Part shown: positions 58,516 to 64,000 of the stretch, piece by piece | Numbering within the stretch: position 1 is the first letter of the stretch | How the letters are laid out: the number at the start of each line of letters is the position of its first letter | DNA from: a virus | Virus record (IMG/VR): IMGVR_UViG_3300011113_000396 | Span: 49,453 to 113,452 of that record | Direction: 5' to 3' (one strand) | Length of the DNA: 64,000 bases | Notes under the pieces: generated by a model | The model's input: only the letters and a program-made list of their open reading frames with translations | What the model was told of the DNA's origin: nothing | The model's database searches: none | Made by a program: the position numbers and the translations under genes

Positions 58516-60417
58516 TTACTTGCCCAAACCTATTGATTTCAATTGAAGTTCCGTTAGATCTCGATCAGACATCTTGACAGCATCAATTCCTGCAATTCCT
58601 GTTTGCATTTGGAACTGTCCTGCAAAAGAAGCATCAGCAGCTAGTCTTCTTCTTAGCATGTCTGCCTGATATCTTTTGTTTGATGGCTCGTTCCAATAAT
58701 TAAACATTTGCTCTTCCTGTGAAGGTGCTCTTGTTCTGCCCTCAGCATATTTCTTTTCAGCAGCTCGTAGTCCTTTGGCTAGCTGACCACCTCGTTCAAT
58801 GTCTGTTGATGGAGGCCCAACTTCTGGGGCTGTAGATCCAGCTTCAGTGTATTCATATTTTTTTGCAATAGTATCTGCACCAACATAAGGGTCATATTCT
58901 GTTCCTTTGAATGTTGATTTAAATTGTTTCTTTTTTGATGCAATTTCTTCTCTTGCGAGTTTATTTGCAAATCCTTTAGCAAATCCTTCAGGATTTTTTT
59001 CAAATGCTTTCTTTTGTCCTTCTGTAAATCTATCTGAATATTTTCCACCCAATACATCTTGGAAATATTGTTCTTTATTTACACCAGTCTCAGAATATTC
59101 TCTGGCAGCTCTGGCAAAGATATTGCCATATGCAGTAACTCTTTTATCCTCTGGAACATCCGCTAGGCTAGTGATGCCATACTTTTGCGCTGCTCTTTGC
59201 AATGCTTTTTGTTCAGCACTTTCTCCACCAAATGATTTGATGTTTTCATATCTAAATGCTTTTAGTTTTCTTTGTGCGTTTAAAAGATCTTCAAGAGATT
59301 TAGCTGATGCAGTATCAGCTGTTGTCTTTTGCTTTAACCAATCAGTTGTGGTAACATCATCATTAATCCCGAATACTCTTTCTCTTGGTGTTAGTTTTCT
59401 TGGGAATCTTTTTTGCATCTCCGCATCGATTTCTGCTTCAGTTGGCTCATAATCCATAGCCTGCTTTACTTTTGCAGATCTTGCTTGCCCAAGGAATCCA
59501 CCAAATATATCTGGATTTTTTCTAGCCAATTCCAATTGTTCTTCTCTTGATAATGTTCTATCTCCTTGGGTTGCATCATAATCTTGTGCAGAAGTTTTTT
59601 TGATGTTTCTAGAAGCCGCAGCACCTTTTAGTGCTTTGGTTAAATCTTTACCAAGACCGGAAAATACATCTGAAACATTTGCAATATCTTGTTTCACATC
59701 TCTTTGAGTAGCATCTCGGTCAGACGCTTCAGTTGGTTTCATATAACCTTCTGGGGGATATGCATCTGGAGAAACTACTGGAGTATCATAAGATCTATTT
59801 GGATTAAGAATTCTTCTATCTGAATTAGCTTGCAGATATGCCTGAATATCGTTTAATCCTTCATAATCTTGCACAGGAATGTCTGAGTCTTCTGGATCCT
59901 CATCTTCTTGAGGAGGTCTTGCTATTAGTTCAGGAATAGCAGGAGGTGCTTTTTGGGTGTCAGCCTTTGCTTGTCGAGGTGCATCAAATTCCGGTCTATC
60001 AAATATTCCAGCTGGAGCCTTGTCCAAGACATCGTTTGCACCCCGAACAAATTTTTCAACTGCCTGTTGAATCAAAGCTTGATATTTGTCATCAGACATC
60101 AATTGGGGCATACCGATATATTCTCCTGCATCAACAAATCCAGATTTGCCAAAATCCTGATACATGGTATCCTCTGGCTCTATAAATCTTGAGCCAGTTG
60201 GTTCCGAGTCAAGGTTTTTTCTTGCTTTAGCAATAAGTTCTTGAAATTTTCTATTACGCTCAAGGGCTTGGTTTACTAAACCTCGCTCAAGTTCAATCTC
60301 AGACTGAATACTGTCTTTAAATTTTTGCTTAGAACTTTTTTGGCCTAAGCTAGATAATGGTTGACTGTCTTCGTAAGGATTTCTCAAATCTTGATCGGTT
60401 GGTATTTGTCTTGGCAT
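58516..60417 (-). CDS. Large hypothetical protein
   Basis: 633-aa ORF; TATACATA late box 4 nt upstream; charged, helical composition. Confidence 0.7.
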   Translation of the reverse strand: MPRQIPTDQDLRNPYEDSQPLSSLGQKSSKQKFKDSIQSEIELERGLVNQALERNRKFQELIAKARKNLDSEPTGSRFIEPEDTMYQDFGKSGFVDAGEYIGMPQLMSDDKYQALIQQAVEKFVRGANDVLDKAPAGIFDRPEFDAPRQAKADTQKAPPAIPELIARPPQEDEDPEDSDIPVQDYEGLNDIQAYLQANSDRRILNPNRSYDTPVVSPDAYPPEGYMKPTEASDRDATQRDVKQDIANVSDVFSGLGKDLTKALKGAAASRNIKKTSAQDYDATQGDRTLSREEQLELARKNPDIFGGFLGQARSAKVKQAMDYEPTEAEIDAEMQKRFPRKLTPRERVFGINDDVTTTDWLKQKTTADTASAKSLEDLLNAQRKLKAFRYENIKSFGGESAEQKALQRAAQKYGITSLADVPEDKRVTAYGNIFARAAREYSETGVNKEQYFQDVLGGKYSDRFTEGQKKAFEKNPEGFAKGFANKLAREEIASKKKQFKSTFKGTEYDPYVGADTIAKKYEYTEAGSTAPEVGPPSTDIERGGQLAKGLRAAEKKYAEGRTRAPSQEEQMFNYWNEPSNKRYQADMLRRRLAADASFAGQFQMQTGIAGIDAVKMSDRDLTELQLKSIGLGK

Positions 60418-60458
60418 ACTTTATGTATATACCGAATTTAGTTTATATATAGTATGAT

Positions 60459-61490
60459 ATGATAAACCACACCTACTTAAGAAATAAAATCGCTGATCTC
60501 CAAGAACAAATCAACCGTCAAAGAATCATCAATCACAGATTGATGAGTTTGATGGAAAATACACAATATGTCGATGAACAGGGAAATCCTGTAGAGGTCG
60601 ATGAAAAGCTATTACAAAGTGATTATAGGGACGGAAGTCTTATTTTTAATGGTATTAAAGTTAAAAAGGTTGAGTCACAAACATCAGCATTTCCAGAAAA
60701 TAAAACTAGATTTCCAGACCCTTCAAATCAGAAGCCATCAGACACCAAGGGACCAGATAAGCCATCAACTCCAGAAGTACCACAGCCAAATGTAGATCCA
60801 AGTGGTTTAGCAAATCAGGCTGGCCCCGGTGCTGCTGCTATGGCAAATCAACTGGCTCAAGCGGGAGTAGGTGCTGGTGGTCAACCTAGCCAATCGGGTG
60901 GTGTAAATCTAAACTTTGCAAACATGTTTGCAGGACAATTCGCAAAGGGTCCAGTAAATGTTGGTGGTAATCAGCAAGTTTCATCTGGCTCAGGTGCTCA
61001 GACTATGAATTTTGGCACAATGGCTAGTGGAAATGCAGTAGTGGCTGGTGGTGGAATTTCAAATAGTAATATAGTAAGTGGAAATTCAAATAGCAATACC
61101 GCTATTGGTAGCAAAGTAGCCAGCGGTCTAGGAAAAATTGATTCTGGAAATACTTCAACTACAAGTACTACCACAAATACAAATTCTGGAAATACTACAA
61201 ATACAAATTCTGGAAATACTACAACTAATAGAAATGTCGCTATTGGTGGCAGTAGCATAGGCGTTAACACTAAACCAGCACCCACAAAGTCTCGGACACC
61301 ACCCTACGCAAGTGATGATATGGAATCTAGAAGAGTTCAGCCGGGGTATGGTGCTTATAGTGCTTCTAATAATAAAAATAAACCCCAAAAAGTTGCCGCA
61401 AATGAAAATTTCCAACTCAAAGTAAATAAAACTTTGAATGAAATGAATCGTCTGTTCGGACGCAAAGACGGTGGCCTCAGAAAATCTTGA
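60459..61490 (+). CDS. Low-complexity Gly/Asn/Thr-rich hypothetical protein, candidate internal protein
   Basis: TATATATA box upstream; leader TYL..KI..LQE.IN...LME. Confidence 0.7.
   Translation: MINHTYLRNKIADLQEQINRQRIINHRLMSLMENTQYVDEQGNPVEVDEKLLQSDYRDGSLIFNGIKVKKVESQTSAFPENKTRFPDPSNQKPSDTKGPDKPSTPEVPQPNVDPSGLANQAGPGAAAMANQLAQAGVGAGGQPSQSGGVNLNFANMFAGQFAKGPVNVGGNQQVSSGSGAQTMNFGTMASGNAVVAGGGISNSNIVSGNSNSNTAIGSKVASGLGKIDSGNTSTTSTTTNTNSGNTTNTNSGNTTTNRNVAIGGSSIGVNTKPAPTKSRTPPYASDDMESRRVQPGYGAYSASNNKNKPQKVAANENFQLKVNKTLNEMNRLFGRKDGGLRKS
61173..61224 (+). repeat. Perfect 24-nt tandem duplication (TNTNSGNT)
   Basis: ACAAATACAAATTCTGGAAATACT twice plus partial copy. Confidence 0.85.
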
Positions 61491-61498
61491 AATAGCTA

Positions 61499-61526
61499 TT
61501 GACTTGGGGGAGGTTTGTGCTAAAGT
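61499..61526 (+). promoter_or_regulatory. Sigma70-type promoter (leaderless)
   Basis: TTGACT-N16-TAAAGT, 6 nt before ATG 61533. Confidence 0.65.
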
Positions 61527-61532
61527 ATTTGT

Positions 61533-61751
61533 ATGCACAACCTCCCCTTTAGCATTCGCGTCCGTGGTACGATTGAAAGCCTTAAGAACGAGATGGAGAT
61601 GACCAAGGGAACTGAAGAGTTTCTTGATTGGAGTCCACTCATCAAGTGTTTACAAGAAGCACTAACCGAAAACACTGAACCTGAGCAGATTGATGAATTC
61701 AATCAACCTGTTCAATTGGAAGAAGACTTTGAAGATTGTGAGGCATGGTAA
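61533..61751 (+). CDS. Small acidic hypothetical early protein
   Basis: 72 aa behind the promoter. Confidence 0.6.
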   Translation: MHNLPFSIRVRGTIESLKNEMEMTKGTEEFLDWSPLIKCLQEALTENTEPEQIDEFNQPVQLEEDFEDCEAW

Positions 61752-61841
61752 TGATGGATCACATCGATTATTTGTATTGGTTGGAACTTAGTTGGGATAT
61801 GAATCAGGATACTGGATCTAACGAACCGCAAGAGGAGAACA

Positions 61842-62003
61842 ATGTTCAAGAAAAGTGATTTTAGAGGTTCCCGTGGGGAACAACGTAACAAGAAGCGTAA
61901 GAAGTGGGACCACAAGCCTTTCAAGCGTCCCAAGGATGACAAGGGTAGCAATCAACGCTTCGACTGGAACAACCAGAACAATCAAAACGACGGATTCAAC
62001 TAA
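61842..62003 (+). CDS. Small basic 53-aa protein (not in ORF track)
   Basis: GAGGAG SD; MFKKSDFRGSRGEQRNKKRKKWDHKPFKRPK... Confidence 0.55.
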   Translation: MFKKSDFRGSRGEQRNKKRKKWDHKPFKRPKDDKGSNQRFDWNNQNNQNDGFN

Positions 62004-62619
62004 ACGCTCTGTTTAGTTCATCCATGACTAGTTTGGGAACTACGAGGTGACTCTTCACCTTGAAGTTCCCTGCTAGCAATTTCAATAGTTTATTTGATTT
62101 GTAAACATCAAATTTCATTTTCAGGCAATATGATTCCATCCACATATGATGGAGATACACATAAAGGTTCGCCTTTTTGATGTACATATCTTTATTGAAT
62201 GAAATGCCCCATTTTTCAAGAAGCTTTACTGTGCGTCGTTCACAGTCTCTTTCATTTTCAGCAACCATTCGGAAAGCATTTCTGATTTGTTTTCCGGTCC
62301 AGTTTTTGTTGACAAACCCAACAGAGACATTATTTACAATGTCCTGAGCCTCATCAAGCTTTTTTGTAAACTGCTCTGGTTGGTCAAGCCATTGTAGAAA
62401 ATGGCAGTATTCGTGTGCCAGTACATAGATCCATGTCTGGCCTCTTTTTGCTACACGAATTTTTCTTTCTTTTTTAGTTCTGCCGTAGATGAAATACCCA
62501 TCACATCTGGCATTTCCGACATTGACTTTTTTGCCTCTTCCAAGGGTTAAGGAGAATCCATATTCTCCAAGATGCTTGCGAATGTGTTTGACAAACTCGG
62601 CTTCTTTTGTCATAGGCAC
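61996..62619 (-). CDS. HExxH metallopeptidase-like protein
   Basis: VLAHEYCHFLQW plus downstream E.DCE; start GTG 62619 or ATG 62613. Confidence 0.7.
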   Translation of the reverse strand: MPMTKEAEFVKHIRKHLGEYGFSLTLGRGKKVNVGNARCDGYFIYGRTKKERKIRVAKRGQTWIYVLAHEYCHFLQWLDQPEQFTKKLDEAQDIVNNVSVGFVNKNWTGKQIRNAFRMVAENERDCERRTVKLLEKWGISFNKDMYIKKANLYVYLHHMWMESYCLKMKFDVYKSNKLLKLLAGNFKVKSHLVVPKLVMDELNRAFS

Positions 62620-62663
62620 CTCATTATATTTAGTATATCAGATATCCCAAAAAAACCCAGTAA

Positions 62664-62680
62664 TATAAATAAAGTAGGAG
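62664..62680 (+). promoter_or_regulatory. Consensus late promoter TATAAATA plus SD
   Basis: Exact T4 late consensus; AGGAG before ATG 62687. Confidence 0.75.
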
Positions 62681-62686
62681 TATATT

Positions 62687-63121
62687 ATGCCTACTGAACT
62701 TATTTCTTTAATCGGCGGGTCGTTGACTGGATTTCTTTTTAAGTTCATGGCTCAGAAAAGCCAAGATCAAAAAGAAATTTTTGAGCGTCTAATTGCTGCA
62801 AATAAACAAACTACAGAGAATCAAGACAAGGCAGCACAGAGAGTTCCTATAGACATCGGAAAGGGTGTGCGTCAATTAATTGTATTGACCATGCTGTTCG
62901 GTACAATCGCAGCACCATTCATACTCCCATTCTTCGGTGTTCCAACATTCGTAGAAGTTGATACCACCAATCCAGAGGGTTTGTTTGGATTGATTCCAGA
63001 AACAAGCAAGAAATATTTTGTTGAAGTAAATGGCTTCCTCTATACTTCAGAGAATAGACAAATTTTAGTTTCAATTGTTGGATTCTATTTCGGCACAGCC
63101 GCAGCAGGGAGAAAGTCATGA
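62687..63121 (+). CDS. Membrane protein, holin-like
   Basis: Three hydrophobic segments; IVGFYFG C-terminal motif typical of 3TM holins. Confidence 0.55.
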   Translation: MPTELISLIGGSLTGFLFKFMAQKSQDQKEIFERLIAANKQTTENQDKAAQRVPIDIGKGVRQLIVLTMLFGTIAAPFILPFFGVPTFVEVDTTNPEGLFGLIPETSKKYFVEVNGFLYTSENRQILVSIVGFYFGTAAAGRKS

Positions 63122-63369
63122 GATACACCAAACTAATTGCGATTGCTTTACTTCTTTCCCTGTTAGTCGCCGCTGGATGCAAATGCGTTGGCCCAGAGAT
63201 TGTACCCGACAACACTGGTGACAGCGTAGTAATGATGTCACTTAAATCACAGATTGAAAAGAATCAGAAGATAGAACAAAATTGGTCATGGATTGTTTGG
63301 TATATTCCTGTTCTATTCTTAGTGGTTGCATGGGGCTACAAAGAGTTCTTCACTAAAAAGAAGAACTGA
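63118..63369 (+). CDS. Lipoprotein with C-terminal TM helix (u-spanin-like)
   Basis: Signal peptide ending VAAGC; C-terminal WSWIVWYIPVLFLVVAWGY then basic tail. Confidence 0.5.
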   Translation: MRYTKLIAIALLLSLLVAAGCKCVGPEIVPDNTGDSVVMMSLKSQIEKNQKIEQNWSWIVWYIPVLFLVVAWGYKEFFTKKKN

Positions 63370-63372
63370 CTA

Positions 63373-63400
63373 TTGACATCGTCTATTGGTTGGCTATAAT
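63373..63400 (+). promoter_or_regulatory. Consensus sigma70 promoter for the tRNA
   Basis: TTGACA-N16-TATAAT. Confidence 0.85.
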
Positions 63401-63410
63401 ACCCGAGTAA

Positions 63411-63484
63411 GCCTCCGTAGCTCAGTTGGTAGCAGCATTTGACTTTTAATCAATAGGTCGTAGGTTCGAATCCTACCGGAGGCA
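63411..63484 (+). tRNA. tRNA-Lys (UUU), CCA not encoded
   Basis: Acceptor GCCTCCG/CGGAGGC+A; anticodon loop CTTTTAA; T arm GTAGG-TTCGAAT-CCTAC. Confidence 0.93.
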
Positions 63485-63487
63485 TTG

Positions 63488-63844
63488 ATGTGTAAGTGTA
63501 AATTTTGCAACAAGACTTTCAATACACATAAAGAATCCAACGCAAGTATCTGTGGATCATGTAGTGTGTCCAAGCGTAGATGGATCTCTAAAATTGCTTT
63601 AGTAAAACAATTAGGTGGAAAATGTAGCAAATGTGGTTTTGCTGGTCATCCCAGTGCATTACATTTCCATCATGTAGATCCAAAAGAAAAGAACTACTCC
63701 ATAAACAGTAATAAATTAATCGCAAAAGATAGATTGAATGAAGTAAAGAAATGCATTCTTCTTTGCGCTAACTGTCATTCAATTCAACATGCAAATAATG
63801 ATTTGCTTAAGTCGTTTGGTCTTCTTAATGAAGATTGGCTTTGA
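63488..63844 (+). CDS. HNH endonuclease abutting the tRNA
   Basis: CxxC pairs; LGGKC..CG...ALHFHHVDP..K...E..KC.LLCANCH...H. Confidence 0.85.
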   Translation: MCKCKFCNKTFNTHKESNASICGSCSVSKRRWISKIALVKQLGGKCSKCGFAGHPSALHFHHVDPKEKNYSINSNKLIAKDRLNEVKKCILLCANCHSIQHANNDLLKSFGLLNEDWL

Positions 63845-63868
63845 CTTTCGACAGAATCGTGATATATT
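63841..63868 (+). promoter_or_regulatory. Sigma70-type promoter (leaderless)
   Basis: TTGACT-N16-TATATT, 6 nt before ATG 63875. Confidence 0.65.
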
Positions 63869-63874
63869 ATCATC

Positions 63875-64000
63875 ATGAGCGAAGAACTCACACAATTGGA
63901 GCAAGAACTTCTGGAGATGCTTGACAAGCAAGCACACACAGAACTCATGCTTGGTGAAAAGATCAACAGCACTCTGCTCAACAAGGCAATTGAAATGATT
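63875..64000 (+). CDS. Hypothetical protein, N-terminal part (truncated by window edge)
   Basis: MSEELTQLEQELLEMLDKQ... open to the end. Confidence 0.55.
   Translation, partial: MSEELTQLEQELLEMLDKQAHTELMLGEKINSTLLNKAIEMI

Noticed and set aside
54-63984. Many short opposite-strand or alternate-frame ORFs in the track (e.g. 3839-4135, 27231-27533, 29632-30132, 58907-59452, 63394-63630)
   Set aside because: Shadows of well-supported genes or of the tRNA, with no motifs or expression signals; only 37744-38382 is accepted as a real antisense gene
1-64000. Stop-codon reassignment
   Set aside because: Core genes are full length under the standard code, and TAA, TGA and TAG all end genes; the only broken genes are explained by split inteins

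Overview
64 kb of a large T4-like (myovirus) bacteriophage genome in the standard genetic code. Plus strand 1-46.2 kb: head module (gp20 end, gp21, gp22, gp23, gp3), then uvsY/uvsW/gp55/gp47/gp46/gp45/gp44/gp62/regA. A ~19 kb insert sits between regA and gp43. It holds an AT-rich island of ~13 glycosyltransferase, methyltransferase and sugar-epimerase genes, then a GT2-TPR enzyme, a collagen-like protein with a Thr-rich (G-x-T) tract, fibre genes, dUTPase and an HNH. Next come gp43, uvsX, gp41, gp61, thyX, nrdJ and a RuvC-like gene. uvsX and nrdJ are both fractured: each is split into two ORFs carrying N- and C-halves of a naturally split intein, with a free-standing HNH gene in the gap (antisense in uvsX). 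Minus strand 46.2-60.4 kb: late-promoter-driven, mostly unknown proteins punctuated by prohead-protease-like hydrophobic-x-Glu sites. One carries a third (cis) intein and another an embedded HNH module. The right end has a HExxH protein, a holin/u-spanin-like pair, tRNA-Lys(UUU) and an abutting HNH. Many sigma70-type (16-bp spacer) and T4 late-type promoters lie 4-7 nt upstream of an ATG, implying widespread leaderless mRNAs. All calls come from reading motifs and synteny; no database searches were run.
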